A DNA stretch of 64,000 bases from Polyangiales bacterium (GTDB lineage: Bacteria; Myxococcota_A; Polyangia; Polyangiales; JADJQN01), in the NCBI GenBank assembly GCA_964202905.1, contig CAXNJO010000005.1, positions 64,001 to 128,000 of the forward strand, written 5' to 3'. Numbering within the stretch: the stretch's first letter is position 1; every line of letters begins with the position of its first letter. Under the pieces are notes generated by a model that worked only from the letters and a program-made list of their open reading frames with translations, searched no databases and was not told the DNA's origin. Of this stretch, positions 31,845 to 42,585 are shown in pieces. A program made the translations under genes and the position numbers.

Positions 31845-33655
31845 GACCGCGCGCCGGGCGGGTAGCTCGACATGGAGCGGTCGCGACCGCCCGCCTTCGC
31901 CGCGTAGAGCGCCTCGTCGGCGCGGCGGAGGATGTCCTCGATGGCGACGTCCTCCCGGACCGCGGCGGTGACGCCGACGCTGGCGGTGATCCGCAGCGGG
32001 CCGACGCGCGTGGGCACCGGGACGCTGCGCAGCCGCTCGAGGAGCCGATCGACGACGAGCTTCGCGGGCTCGAGGTCGGTGTCGATGAGCACGATGCAGA
32101 ACTCCTCGCCGCCCCAGCGCGCGACGAGATCGTGGTCGCGCAGCCCCGCGGAGAGCCGGCGCCCGAGCTCGACGAGCACCTGATCGCCGACCTCGTGACC
32201 GAAGCGGTCGTTCACGCTCTTGAACGCGTCGATGTCGAGCATCGCGATCGCGAGTGGGCGCCACTTGCGCCGGATGAACGACATCTCGCGCGCGACGACG
32301 TCGCTCAGGTGCCGTCGGTTGAAGAGGCCGGTCAGGGCGTCCGTGCGCGCGAGCGCCTCGATCTCGGCCTGCAGGCGGCGCTGCTGCGCGAGCGAGGCCT
32401 CGAGCTCGGCGTTGCGCTCGCGCTCGACCGCCGCCGCGCGCGACGCACGCTCGGCCTCGAGGTGCAGCTCGAGCAGGCGGATGCGCTCGGTGGCGCGCGC
32501 TTCGAGCTGCGACTCGCGGATCGCCCACGACGCGCGCAGGTGTCGCAGCGCCGCCGTGGGGTCGCCGGCGGCCTCGCACACCGCCGCGAGCTGGTCGTGC
32601 GCCTGCCACGCGACGTTGCGGTGCAGCCCGCCCTCGCAGAGCGCGAGGCTGTCTTCGAGGAAGCCGCGCGCCTCCTCGTGGTGGCCGGCAGCCGCGAGGT
32701 GCCGACCGATGAGCTGCTTCTGCCGCGCGACCTGGAAGAGATCGCCGACCGCCGCAAAGTGCTCGATGCTGCGCTGGTAGAGCGCGATCCCGCGCGCGAG
32801 GGCGCCCGTGCCCGCGCACACACCGCCGAGGCCTGCGCGGAAGAGCGCGACGCTCCCCGCCCAGTCGAGCGCCTCGGCGAGCGGCAGGCCCTCCCCGTAA
32901 CAGGCGCGCGCCTCCTCGAAGCGGCCCTGCTGCGAGAGCGCGCCGCCGAGGTTGCAGAGGCTGTGCGCGATGAGCCGCGCGTCGTCGATCTCGCGCGCGA
33001 TGGTGAGCGCGCGCCGCGTGTACGCCTCGTACGAGCGGCCGTCCTGCTCGCCGTGCAGGAAGCCGAGGTTGCCGAGGAGCTTCGCCTCCTGCCGCCGCGC
33101 ATCGAGCGCACGCGCGAGCGCCGCCCCCTCGAGCAGCACGAGCGACGCCTGCGCTTCGTCGCCCAGCATGACGAGGATGCGTCCCCGCGCGACGAGCACG
33201 GCGAGCGAGAGGGCGCGGCATCCCGCGGACGACATCCGCGCCTGCGCCTCCGCGATGCACGCCGCGGCGGCACCGAGGCTCCCCGTCGCGTCGAGCACGG
33301 TGGCCCGGACGAGGAGCCCCTCGACCAAGGCGCGCGGCGTCGCGGGCTCCTCCTCGGCGTCAGGGCTGCTGAGCGCGCGCGCCCCCTGCGGGTCGGCGGA
33401 CGCGATGGCGCGCACGAGCGCGAGGCCAGCCTCGTACAGCTCGACGCGCTCGCGCACCACGGCCGCGCTCCCCGGCGCGTTCGCCGCGAGTGACGGCGCG
33501 TGGCAGCGCGCGTTCGCCGCGAGTGACGGCGCGTTCGCCGCGAGCGCCGCCTCGCTCGCCACGCGGTCGAGCCACGCCGCGATCGGCAGCGCGAGCGCGG
33601 GATGCGCGGCGCTCAGCGACTCCGCCGTGGAGACCCAGCGCTCGAGCATGTCCAT
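31826..33655 (-). CDS. TPR-containing diguanylate cyclase
   Basis: DALTGLFNRR, DIDAFKSVNDRFGHEVGD, RxxD I-site (RDHD) and ARWGGEEF; N-terminal TPRs. Confidence 0.93.
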   Translation of the reverse strand: MDMLERWVSTAESLSAAHPALALPIAAWLDRVASEAALAANAPSLAANARCHAPSLAANAPGSAAVVRERVELYEAGLALVRAIASADPQGARALSSPDAEEEPATPRALVEGLLVRATVLDATGSLGAAAACIAEAQARMSSAGCRALSLAVLVARGRILVMLGDEAQASLVLLEGAALARALDARRQEAKLLGNLGFLHGEQDGRSYEAYTRRALTIAREIDDARLIAHSLCNLGGALSQQGRFEEARACYGEGLPLAEALDWAGSVALFRAGLGGVCAGTGALARGIALYQRSIEHFAAVGDLFQVARQKQLIGRHLAAAGHHEEARGFLEDSLALCEGGLHRNVAWQAHDQLAAVCEAAGDPTAALRHLRASWAIRESQLEARATERIRLLELHLEAERASRAAAVERERNAELEASLAQQRRLQAEIEALARTDALTGLFNRRHLSDVVAREMSFIRRKWRPLAIAMLDIDAFKSVNDRFGHEVGDQVLVELGRRLSAGLRDHDLVARWGGEEFCIVLIDTDLEPAKLVVDRLLERLRSVPVPTRVGPLRITASVGVTAAVREDVAIEDILRRADEALYAAKAGGRDRSMSSYPPGARSHAPAR

Positions 33656-33823
33656 GACCCCCGAAGCGAGAGACTTCGGTGCGCGACGGCGCCCCGCGAC
33701 GAGGCTGGAGCTTACGGAGTCCGCCCCCCGAGACGCAAGCGCGACGCGGGAGCACGCGCAGCGCGCGACGCGCGGACGCCGACACGGCTGCCCGGGTGCA
33801 GCGCCGGCGCCCGCCGCGCGCGG

Positions 33824-34446
33824 TCAGTAGACGTACACGGCGCCGGAGTCCACCGCGGTGTTGTTCGACGGGTCACCGCCGATGCCGGTCGCGTTCGAGT
33901 CTTCGAGGTGCGCCGCCACGGCGAAGGTCGAGCCGTCCGCAGCGAGCGCGAGTGCCCGGCTCGTGGAGCTGTCGTCGAAGGGTGAGAACAACGCACCGAA
34001 GCCGTCCCCAGCCTCTGCATTCGCGGCCTTCAGACACGCCTGCTGCGTCCAACCCGAAGCCGATCGCACGCAGACGTAGACGGCACCGGAATCGGGTCGG
34101 GTGTCCTCGAGCCAGGTGGACTCCGGAGGAGTGATGGTCGTCGCGGGAGAGTCCTCGTAGCCCGCGCCGACGGCAAGCGTCGAACCATCTTCCGAGATGG
34201 CATGCTCAGGCCGAATCGTTCTCCGTCTCCGGTGTTGTCCGCCTTCGGATAGGCGCTGCCGCGCGCCACGGCGATCGTGTAGGCGCGCCCCGCGTCGCCG
34301 ACGGCCGCGTCCTCGCCCCCGGCGTCCATCCCCGGATCCGGCGCTGCGTCGTCCCCGCAGGCCGAACACACCGACATCATCCCGATCACGAGCGCCCACC
34401 CGAGCGCGCGCCGCCCACCCGACAACGTCCCCCGAACCTCGATCAT
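33824..34446 (-). pseudogene. Truncated and frameshifted FG-GAP (integrin-alpha-like) repeat lipoprotein with about 2 blades
   Basis: Lipobox-like CSAC in ORF 34030..34446 joins (at about 34200) DGSTLAVGA…DSGAVYV repeats in ORF 33824..34399. Confidence 0.65.
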
Positions 34447-34456
34447 CGTGTCCCCT

Positions 34457-36949
34457 TCAGCGATCGTTGAGCGCGGCCTCCACGGTGCGCTGCAAGAGCT
34501 CGCGCGTGTAGGGCTTGCCGAGCCGATGGACGGGGTTGGGCACGCCGAGCGCGTCGTTGTCGTCCATGATCTTCCCGGACAGCAGGATGATCGGCAGATC
34601 GGGCCGGATCCGCGACACGGCCCGCGCGACCTCCGTCCCGGACATCTCGGGCATCGTGAGGTCGGTGATGAACACGTCGAACCCGTACGGGTCGCGCTCG
34701 AACGCCTCGAGCGCCTCGCGCGGGTGAATGAAGCCCGTCGGCTCGAAGCCGAGCCGCTTCAGCAGGTGCTTGCCGACACGCACGAGCGGCTCTTCGTCGT
34801 CGAGGATGAGCACGCGCCCCGTCACCGCGCGCGCGACGGGCGCGGGCGCGGCGAACTGGACCGGCGCCGCATCGACCGCGGGGAGCAGGATGGCGAACGT
34901 CGTGCCCTGGCCCGGCTCGCTGTCGACGTGCACGACGCCCCCGTGCTCGGTGACGATCCCGTGCACCTCCGCGAGGCCGAGCCCGGTGCCCTGGCCGACC
35001 GATTTCGTCGTGAAGAACGGCTCGAAAATGCGGTCCCGCGTCACCGCGTCGATGCCGACGCCATCGTCCGAGACGCCGAGGCGGGCGTAGCGGCCAGGCG
35101 GGAGGCGCGGGGAGAGCGGCGAGGCCTCGTCGACGACCAGGGACGCGAGGTCGACGACGATCGCGCCGCGCGACTTCTCCACCGCGTGCGCGGCGTTGGT
35201 GACGAGGTTGATCAGGACTTGATGCAACTGCGTTGCATCGGCGGAGACGTGCGGTGCGTCCGGCGCGACCCGCACGGTGAGCTGCACCCCTGGCGGGAGG
35301 TTGTGGCGCACGAGCCGCACGACCTCGTCGAGCAGCGGCGCGAGGGCCACCACCGCGCGCTGCGTCGGCTTCTGCCGACTGAACGCGAGGATCTGCTTGA
35401 CCATGTCTCCCCCGCGCGCGGCGGCCTCGCCGACCTGATCGAGGCTCTCGCGGATCGGCGTCCCCGGCGACGCGTGATCCCGCGCGAGCTCGACGTTGGC
35501 GACGATGGCCGCGAGCAGGTTGTTGAAGTAGTGCGCGACGCCGCCCGCGAGCGTCCCGAGCGCCTGCATCTTCTGCGACTGCCGCAGCTCCGCCTCGAGG
35601 CGCGCGTTCTCGGCCTCGGCGCGCGCGCGCTTGCTGACGTCGCGCACCGACGTGACGACGAAGCGCCGCCCCTCGAGCTCGAACGGGCTCAGGGTGATGT
35701 CGGTCGGGATGCGCGTGCCGTCCTTGCGGAGCGCTTGCAGCTGCGGGCGCGTCGCGCCGATCGGCGTCGCGACGGGGTGCCGGAAAAAGCGCGCGCGCTC
35801 GCCCGGGTGCGCGCCTTGGTGCTCGACGGGCACCAGCATGTCCACGGGCATGCCGACGAGCTCGTCGCGCGCGTAGCCGAAGGTCGGCTCGCACGCGCGG
35901 TTCGCGAGGACGATGCGCCCGCCTTCGTCGACGATGAGCACGGCCTCGGGCGCGAACTCGAACACGCTCGAGAAGCGCGCACGCTCGGCGAGCAGCGCGG
36001 CCTCGGCGCGCCGCGTCTCGCTCACGTCGCGGATGAAGCCCGCGAATTGGGGAGGTTCGGCGTGCTCGAAGCGGACGATCGCGATCTCCGCGAGGAACTC
36101 GGTGCCGTCCGCGCGCTGCGCCGGGAGTTCGAGCCGCCGCCCGACGACGCGCTGCTCGCCCGTCTCGGCGAAGCGCGCCATGCCGCGGGAGTGCACGTCG
36201 CGGAGCGAGGGCGCGACGATCAGGTCGCCCATGAGCCGGCCGAGGACGTCCTGCCGCCGATAGCCGAAGAGCGCCTCGGCCGCGGGGTTGAACTCGAGGA
36301 AACGCCCCGCGTCGTCGATGATCACGATGGCCTCGAGGGCCGCATCGAGGATCGCGACGTTGACGGACTTCTGCTCGAGCATGCGCCCGACGAGCTCGCT
36401 GCGGGCCTCGAGATCCGCGAGCGCCGAGCCGCGCACGGCCTCCTCGAGGCGCCGACGCTCGGCGCGCAGTCGCTCGTGGTGCAGCACGATGCCGAGCCGC
36501 GGCGCGAGCGCATGCAACACGTCGAACGAGAAGGTCGCGAGGCCGCCGAGCGTGCGCCCGACGACGAGCACCCCGCGCAGCGCGCCCTCGGCGACGAGAC
36601 GCACCGCCCAGGCCTCCCCCGCGAGGAGTTCGATGCCCGGCAGCACGTCGCCCGTCTCCTCGGGCAACAAGCGCTCGGAGAGTCCGTCGCACGCGCGCAA
36701 GCGCTCGAGCGTCGCCGCGGGGAGCGCGATGCGCCCACGCGTCCGGCGGCCGAGGCCGAGGCTCGCGCGGGCGCCGAGCGAACCATCCTCGCGCAGCCCC
36801 TCGAGGTCGAAGATCACGACCGCGTCGAGCACCAGGGTGCGCGCGAGCTGGTCGGTGAGGTTCGAGAGCTCCGCGTCGAAGTCGAGGCTGCCGCTGAGCC
36901 CGGCGCAGAGCTCGTAGAGGATCGACAGGCGGCGGAGGGACTCGTCCAC
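34457..36949 (-). CDS. Hybrid sensor histidine kinase (GAF-like, 2 PAS, HisKA, HATPase, REC)
   Basis: SQKMQALGTLAGGVAH, NLVTNA, FEPFFTTK…GTGLGL, REC motifs ILDDEE/ITDLTMP/KP. Confidence 0.93.
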   Translation of the reverse strand: MDESLRRLSILYELCAGLSGSLDFDAELSNLTDQLARTLVLDAVVIFDLEGLREDGSLGARASLGLGRRTRGRIALPAATLERLRACDGLSERLLPEETGDVLPGIELLAGEAWAVRLVAEGALRGVLVVGRTLGGLATFSFDVLHALAPRLGIVLHHERLRAERRRLEEAVRGSALADLEARSELVGRMLEQKSVNVAILDAALEAIVIIDDAGRFLEFNPAAEALFGYRRQDVLGRLMGDLIVAPSLRDVHSRGMARFAETGEQRVVGRRLELPAQRADGTEFLAEIAIVRFEHAEPPQFAGFIRDVSETRRAEAALLAERARFSSVFEFAPEAVLIVDEGGRIVLANRACEPTFGYARDELVGMPVDMLVPVEHQGAHPGERARFFRHPVATPIGATRPQLQALRKDGTRIPTDITLSPFELEGRRFVVTSVRDVSKRARAEAENARLEAELRQSQKMQALGTLAGGVAHYFNNLLAAIVANVELARDHASPGTPIRESLDQVGEAAARGGDMVKQILAFSRQKPTQRAVVALAPLLDEVVRLVRHNLPPGVQLTVRVAPDAPHVSADATQLHQVLINLVTNAAHAVEKSRGAIVVDLASLVVDEASPLSPRLPPGRYARLGVSDDGVGIDAVTRDRIFEPFFTTKSVGQGTGLGLAEVHGIVTEHGGVVHVDSEPGQGTTFAILLPAVDAAPVQFAAPAPVARAVTGRVLILDDEEPLVRVGKHLLKRLGFEPTGFIHPREALEAFERDPYGFDVFITDLTMPEMSGTEVARAVSRIRPDLPIILLSGKIMDDNDALGVPNPVHRLGKPYTRELLQRTVEAALNDR

Positions 36950-36956
36950 GGGAGCC

Positions 36957-38150
36957 TCAGGAAGCGGGCAGCACGGCGACGTCGATCGATTTGGAGTGGT
37001 ACTGCGGGAGCCCGGCGCCGAGCGTCCCGAACGCGCCGAAGGTCAGGCAGCCGAACATGGGGACGTCGCAGCCGAGGCCATCGCGCACCGCGGCCAACTC
37101 GCGACTGATTCCCAATTCATCGGCGCCGAGCACGGCGTCACGCGACACGCACGCGAACACGAGCGCGGCGCCCGGCGCGGCGCTCCCGAGATCGGCGCGT
37201 GCGGCGCTCGCGGCCTCACGCGCCGCGGCGAGCAGCGTCTCCGGCGTGCCGATCATGAAACGCACGGCGGCGTTGGGCGGCACCTCGGAGCAGCAGGCGA
37301 TGCTGCCGTCCTCCGCGACGGCGAGCGGGCTGCGCAGCACGTGATCGCCGCCGACGCCCTGCAGGATCCCGAGGGGGTGCAGCATCGCGAACGCGACGAA
37401 CTGCTCCGGCTCCACCTCGCCGAGGCCGAAATCCCGCGCGAGATCGCGGTAGCGCTCGAAGGCGGGCACGAAGTCGAGCTTGCCGAGGCGCGCGCCGTGG
37501 ACCTCGGTGACGATCATCGGCGGGCCGATCGGGTGGCAGCCGTGCCGCAGCGCGACGCCGATCGGGGACGACGCGCCGAGCACCGCCGCGAGCGCGCTGC
37601 GCTCGTGCACCGCCGCGTCGCAGTACTGCCGACTCCCGACGAACTTCATGTCGTCGCCCGAGCCGCCCCCCGCGAGGCGCAGCGAGCTGCCGACGACGCC
37701 GACCGCGCCGCGCGCGGCGCGCACACTGTTGCCCGCGATCCCGTCGGGCAGCATGAGCAGCAGCGAAGACGGGCCGTCGCCCTCCCCGCCCACGGCCTCG
37801 AAGGCATCGAGCGCGGCGTCGACCGCGCGCGCCATCACGGCCTCGCTGTCCACCGCGATGCCGTCCACCGCGACGGCCGCGAGGCGCAGCGTGTCGCTCG
37901 CGAGGACCGCGACCCCGTCGTGCGTGACGCGCCCGCACGCGAGGACGCCGGGCGCGTTGCAGCCCGTGGTGGGCACGTTCCCGAACACGGCGCGGACGGC
38001 CGCGAGCACGCGCTCGGAGTCGTGGTTGTCGGTGCTGAACACGAGCACGGCCGTCGGGCGTGCGCCGCGCAGCCCCGCGGCCGCCTCGCGCGCAGCCTGC
38101 GTCGCGGCGGCGTGCGTGTCGGAGGCGGTGGAGAGCGCTTGCACGTACAT
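36957..38150 (-). CDS. FIST domain (NosP-like) sensor protein
   Basis: LAGGGSGDD, HGCHPIG, FACVSR, FGCLTFG…YHSKS; lies directly upstream of the kinase. Confidence 0.88.
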   Translation of the reverse strand: MYVQALSTASDTHAAATQAAREAAAGLRGARPTAVLVFSTDNHDSERVLAAVRAVFGNVPTTGCNAPGVLACGRVTHDGVAVLASDTLRLAAVAVDGIAVDSEAVMARAVDAALDAFEAVGGEGDGPSSLLLMLPDGIAGNSVRAARGAVGVVGSSLRLAGGGSGDDMKFVGSRQYCDAAVHERSALAAVLGASSPIGVALRHGCHPIGPPMIVTEVHGARLGKLDFVPAFERYRDLARDFGLGEVEPEQFVAFAMLHPLGILQGVGGDHVLRSPLAVAEDGSIACCSEVPPNAAVRFMIGTPETLLAAAREAASAARADLGSAAPGAALVFACVSRDAVLGADELGISRELAAVRDGLGCDVPMFGCLTFGAFGTLGAGLPQYHSKSIDVAVLPAS

Positions 38151-38317
38151 CGGTGAGGCCTCGGGCCGCGCAGGTGAGCGCGGCGTCGGAGCATAGGAGA
38201 ACGCCGCGCCCTGCGACAAACACAATCTGCGCGCCGGCCTCCCACGACGCGGACGTCTCGACGCGGGACGGCGCTCGGCGCGGCACCGCGCGCGCGAACC
38301 GCGATACGCTCCGGCGC

Positions 38318-38728
38318 ATGGACGAACTCGTCAGATGGTTTCAGGAGGGCGGCTGGGCGATGTACGGCGCCCTGTGCTGCTCGCTGCTCTCGGTCGCGGT
38401 GGGGCTCGGCGCCGTGGGCGTCGCGTTCGCGACGAAGAAGCGCGGGCTCGCGATCGGGCTCGGCGCCGCGACGCTTCTCTTCGCGCTCTCGACCTTCTGC
38501 ACCGGCGTCGTGGGCTACTTCCACGGCATGAACAACGTCGAGGAGGCCGTCGCCTTCGCGGAGGCGGGATACCGCACCGCGCTCCTCGAGCAGGGCCGGG
38601 ACGAGGCGCAGAACAGCCTCCAGATGGGCGTCTGCGCCGCGCTGCTGCCGCTCCTGCTCGGCGCGGCCGCGCTCGGTCGCGGCCTCACGCTGCCGCGCGG
38701 CGACGCCGCGAACGCGCCGCGCGGCTGA
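38318..38728 (+). CDS. Short MotA/TolQ/ExbB-like membrane protein
   Basis: WFQEGGWAMY start, three TM segments, CTGVVGYFHGM…LEQGRDEA. Confidence 0.55.
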   Translation: MDELVRWFQEGGWAMYGALCCSLLSVAVGLGAVGVAFATKKRGLAIGLGAATLLFALSTFCTGVVGYFHGMNNVEEAVAFAEAGYRTALLEQGRDEAQNSLQMGVCAALLPLLLGAAALGRGLTLPRGDAANAPRG

Positions 38729-38940
38729 GTCGCGGCGCCGCCCACCGCGCCGCACGACTCACGGGCACGCGCTAGGTCGGGGTACTCGGCGTCCGCCGGG
38801 GGGCGCGGCCGGATCGTGCGCCCGGGCGTGCGCCGCGCGATGACCGCGGGTGCAGCGGCACCGCCTGCGTCATCCTGTCGGCGCTCGACTCCGCCGCGCC
38901 GCCCCATCCGCGCCCAATCCGACCAAACACCGAGGACACC

Positions 38941-39682
38941 ATGGCCATCTCTCGAGATACCCTCTTATGCCGTGTTCGCCTTCACGCTCGGCGCGGCCGG
39001 CTGCGGCGGTGCCGCGGGCGACATCCCCGGCGGCGAGCGCTTCACCCCTGTCGACGAGCCCGGCCGCGGCTCGGGGACGCTCGCGGTCGAGGCGCGCATC
39101 GAGTCGTCACCCGCGATCGGGGAGCGCGCCGCACGCGCCGACGACACGACGACGAACTTCGAGGTCGACGTGCGCGACGCGGGCGGTGTTCGCGTGAGCG
39201 GCGCGGTCGTCGTCGTCGAGAGCGCGCTCGGCGCCGTCACGCTCACCGAGGGCGGCTGCGGGCGCGACTACTGCGGTCGGCAGATCGGCTACGCGCGCAC
39301 CTACCTGCTCTCCGCAGAGCGCGGCAGCGACTCCCTCGAGGGCGTCCGCGTCGTCGGCCCGCGATTCCACACGCTCACGGATCCGATCGCGGACACGAGC
39401 GTCGACGGCGCGCTGCCGCTGACGGTCGCGTGGATCCCATCGGGCGACGCCGACGAGACGACCATCGAGACCCGCGAGTACCGGCAGACAGAAGCCAGCG
39501 ACAGCGGCCGCCACGACGTGCCCGCCGGCACGCTCCGCACGCGCGACGACCGGCCCGAGGACGAGCGCGCCCGCGTCACGCGCGTCGCGCGTCTCGCGCT
39601 CTCCGGCGTCGTCGGGAGCGGCACGGCCGTCGTCGAGATCCGCAACGGGGTCGCGTTCACGACGGAACCCACCGCGCCCTGA
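38941..39682 (+). CDS. Lipoprotein of unknown function (frameshift in the signal peptide)
   Basis: GAGG SD before ATG 38941; lipobox AAGC and body lie in the frame of ORF 38816..39682. Confidence 0.55.
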
Positions 39683-39746
39683 CAACGCGGCGAGCGCGCC
39701 CTCGCGCCGTGATACCCTCCGGTCGCGCCACGCCGCGAACGAGCCG

Positions 39747-40091
39747 ATGGAACCGAACGGGCGACACCTGATCCTCGATTTCTGGGGCTGCGACGCGGGC
39801 GCGCTCAACGACGCGACCGCGCTCGAGGCCGCGCTCGTGCGCGCCGCGGAGGCCGCCGACGGCCACATCCTGCGCCGCGTCGTGCACGCGTTCGCGCCGC
39901 AGGGCGTGACGGGCCTGCTGCTGCTCGAGGAGTCGCACCTCTCCATCCACACCTGGCCCGAGCGCGGCTACGCGGCGATCGACTTCTACACCTGCGGCGC
40001 CGCCGACCCCTCGCGCGCCGAGGCCCCGCTCGCCGAGGTGCTGCGGCCCGCGCACGTCGCGCGGCAGCTGCTCGTGCGGGGCGTGCGATGA
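39747..40091 (+). CDS. speD: S-adenosylmethionine decarboxylase proenzyme
   Basis: GRHLILDFWGC, FAPQGVTG, LEESHLSIHTWPE, DFYTCG. Confidence 0.95.
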   Translation: MEPNGRHLILDFWGCDAGALNDATALEAALVRAAEAADGHILRRVVHAFAPQGVTGLLLLEESHLSIHTWPERGYAAIDFYTCGAADPSRAEAPLAEVLRPAHVARQLLVRGVR

Positions 40092-42146
40092 ACCTCGTGC
40101 GCACGGGGATGTGCCCGAATTGCGGCGCCCCGATCGAGTTCGCGCTCGGCAGCTGCGTCTCGAAGGTCTGCACGTTTTGCAGCCACGTCGTCGTCCGCAC
40201 CGATCGCGACCTCGCGACGCTCGGCAAGATCGCCGAGCTCGTGCCGACGAACCCGCCCTTCGAGGTCGGCGACGTGATCACCGTCGAGGGCCGCGGCGCG
40301 CGCGTCACGGGCCGCGTGCAGAAGGACTGGGGCGCGGGCCCGTGGGACGAGCTCTCGATCGAGTTCGACGACGGCGCGTGGGCCTGGATCGCGCGCGCGC
40401 AGGGCCGCTGGTACGTGACGTCGCGCGTGGATCAGCCGGGCGGCCCGCTGCCGCCCTTCGCCGCCGTGAGCACCGCGGGCCAGCGTGGCCGGCTGGGCGC
40501 GCACCCCGCCGAGTGGACGGTGACCGAGGCACGGCAGGCGCGCGTGATCGCGGCGCGCGGCGACTTCCCCGAGCCCTTCGCGCCCGGCGAGGTGAGCGCC
40601 TACGTCGACCTCGTCGCGCCCGGCGGCGCGTTCGCGACGCTCGACTACGCCGCGCCCGAGGCCGCGCCCGCGCTCTACGTCGGCAAGGTGCTGCCCGCCG
40701 CCGCGATCACGCTCGCGAGCGAGGCGCTCGGCCCGCGCCCCGCGGAGAAGACGCGGACCGCCGCGCTGCGCTGCCCCGACTGCGGCGCGCCCCTCGAGCT
40801 GCGCGATCCCGGCGACGTCGAGCGCGTCGGTTGCGGCGCGTGCGGCGCCATCCACGAGCCGCGCGGACAGGGCGCGAACCTCGCGCTCGTGCACGTCTCG
40901 GCGGGCCCGGCGCTCGGACGCTCGCTCTCGATCCCGATCGGGACGAGGGGCACGCTGCGCGGCCAGAGCGTCCTCGTGATCGGCGCGATGCAGCGCTACA
41001 CGGTGGTCGAAGGCGCGCGCTACCTCTGGCTCGAGTACCTGCTCCACACCGACGCGGGCTATCTCTGGCTCCTCGAGGACGCCGGGCATTTCACGCTCAT
41101 CCGCGACGCCGACGTCACGAAGGTAAGTTTCGACGACGTCGGCGCCGCACGCTACGAAGGCCGCAATTTCAAGGGCTTTTTCTCGAATCCGGTGCACGTC
41201 GCGGCCGTCGCCGGCGAGTTCTACTGGAAGGTGTCCAAAGACGAGACGACCCACGTCGACGACTTCATCGCGCCCCCCCGCGTCCTCAGCCGCGAGCGCA
41301 CCGATCAGGAAGCGAACCACTCCATCGGCGAGTACCTCGAGCCCGCCGAGGTCTCCGCCGCGTTCGGCGGCCGCACCCTGCCCACACGCGTCGGCATCGC
41401 GCCCGCGCAGCCCGGACCCGGCGTGCGCGGCCCGCTGGTCGCGCTCGGCCTCGGCCTCGTCCTGCTCCTGTTCGTCGCGGGCGTCGTCGGCGGCAGCAGC
41501 CGCACGCTCTCGAGCTTCTCGCTCGCCGTGCTGAGCGGCGACGGCACGCGCATCCCGCGCGGACTCGGAGAGCCGACGATCTTCGGCAAGCCGCCCGCGG
41601 ATCCCGCGCCCTTCGGCAAGCCACCCGCGGCGCCGGGCCCCGACGCGAGCGAGCTGCCCAACGTCACGATCTCCCCGAGCTTCGTCGTCCCCCGCATGAC
41701 GACGCTCGGCTTCGAGCTCGAATGTGCCGCAAAACAACCTCTACGTCGCGACCGAGTGCGCGCTCGTGAACGAGGAGACGGGCGACACGCGCGAGTTCGC
41801 CTTCGACGTCGGCTACTACAGCGGGGTCTCGGGCGGCGAGAGCTGGAGCGAGGGCTCGCACACCGACACCGCCTACCTCGACCGCATCCCGCCCGGCACG
41901 TACAGCCTGCACGTCCGCACCGAGTGGGAGGCCTTCAGCGGCGATGGAGCGTATCCATTGCTCGGCGCCTACGGGCCCCAGCCGCCCACGCCCTCGATCG
42001 CCGTCCTCGAGAACGCGCGCAGCGCCTGCTGCTTCGTGCTCGCCTTGCTCTTCATCCTGATTCCGGCGGGCTTCGGGCTCATCCGCGCGCGCGCCTTCGA
42101 GACGCAACGCTGGAGCAACTCGAACCTCGTGTCGGGAGACGACTGA
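40088..42146 (+). CDS. Double Zn-ribbon / DUF4178 membrane protein (frameshift at about 41732)
   Basis: CPNCGAP…CTFC and CPDCGAP…CGAC; WDE/WLEY…GYLWL; VAGEFYWKV; C-terminal GESWSEG…RWSNS. Confidence 0.85.
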
Positions 42147-42331
42147 TGCGCCCCCGCGAACTCCTCTGGCTCGTGCTCCCGCTCGTCGTCGCGATCGGCT
42201 ACGGCGCGTCCGTCGCCGCCCGGTGGGATCCGAACGCGACGAACTCCGACCGTGACCGCATGCCCGTCGCCGGTGGGCGCGGGCGCAGCCACTTCCACAC
42301 GTACTGGTCCACCGGATTTGGAGGCAAGTGA
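42146..42331 (+). CDS. Small single-TM peptide (61 aa) ending GFGGK
   Basis: TGATG overlap with the upstream stop and GTGA overlap downstream; MRPRELLWLVLPLVVAIGYG…YWSTGFGGK. Confidence 0.7.
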   Translation: MRPRELLWLVLPLVVAIGYGASVAARWDPNATNSDRDRMPVAGGRGRSHFHTYWSTGFGGK

Positions 42332-42552
42332 TGATCGAGTGGGATGCCGTGCTCAAAGCCCTCGTCAGCTCCGTCGTGTTCAGCGCGGTCGGGCTCGTGT
42401 TCTTCGCGATCGCCTTCGTGGTCCTGCAAAAGGTGCTGCCCTTCTCGCTCCGCAAGGAGATCGAGGAGGATCAGAACACCGCGCTCGGTATCGTGCTCGG
42501 GTCGATCGTCATCGGCATCGCGATGATCGTCTCGGCCGCGATCCACGGCTGA
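42328..42552 (+). CDS. DUF350 domain membrane protein
   Basis: PFSLRKEIEEDQNTALGIVLG…IVSAAIHG. Confidence 0.9.
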   Translation: MMIEWDAVLKALVSSVVFSAVGLVFFAIAFVVLQKVLPFSLRKEIEEDQNTALGIVLGSIVIGIAMIVSAAIHG

Positions 42553-42585
42553 TCCCGGCCTCGTGAACGCGCCCCGCGAGCCCGC

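Noticed and set aside
33475..33544. Short internal duplication (APSLAANA) in the GGDEF protein N-terminus
   Set aside because: In-frame slippage in a low-complexity linker with no sign of function.
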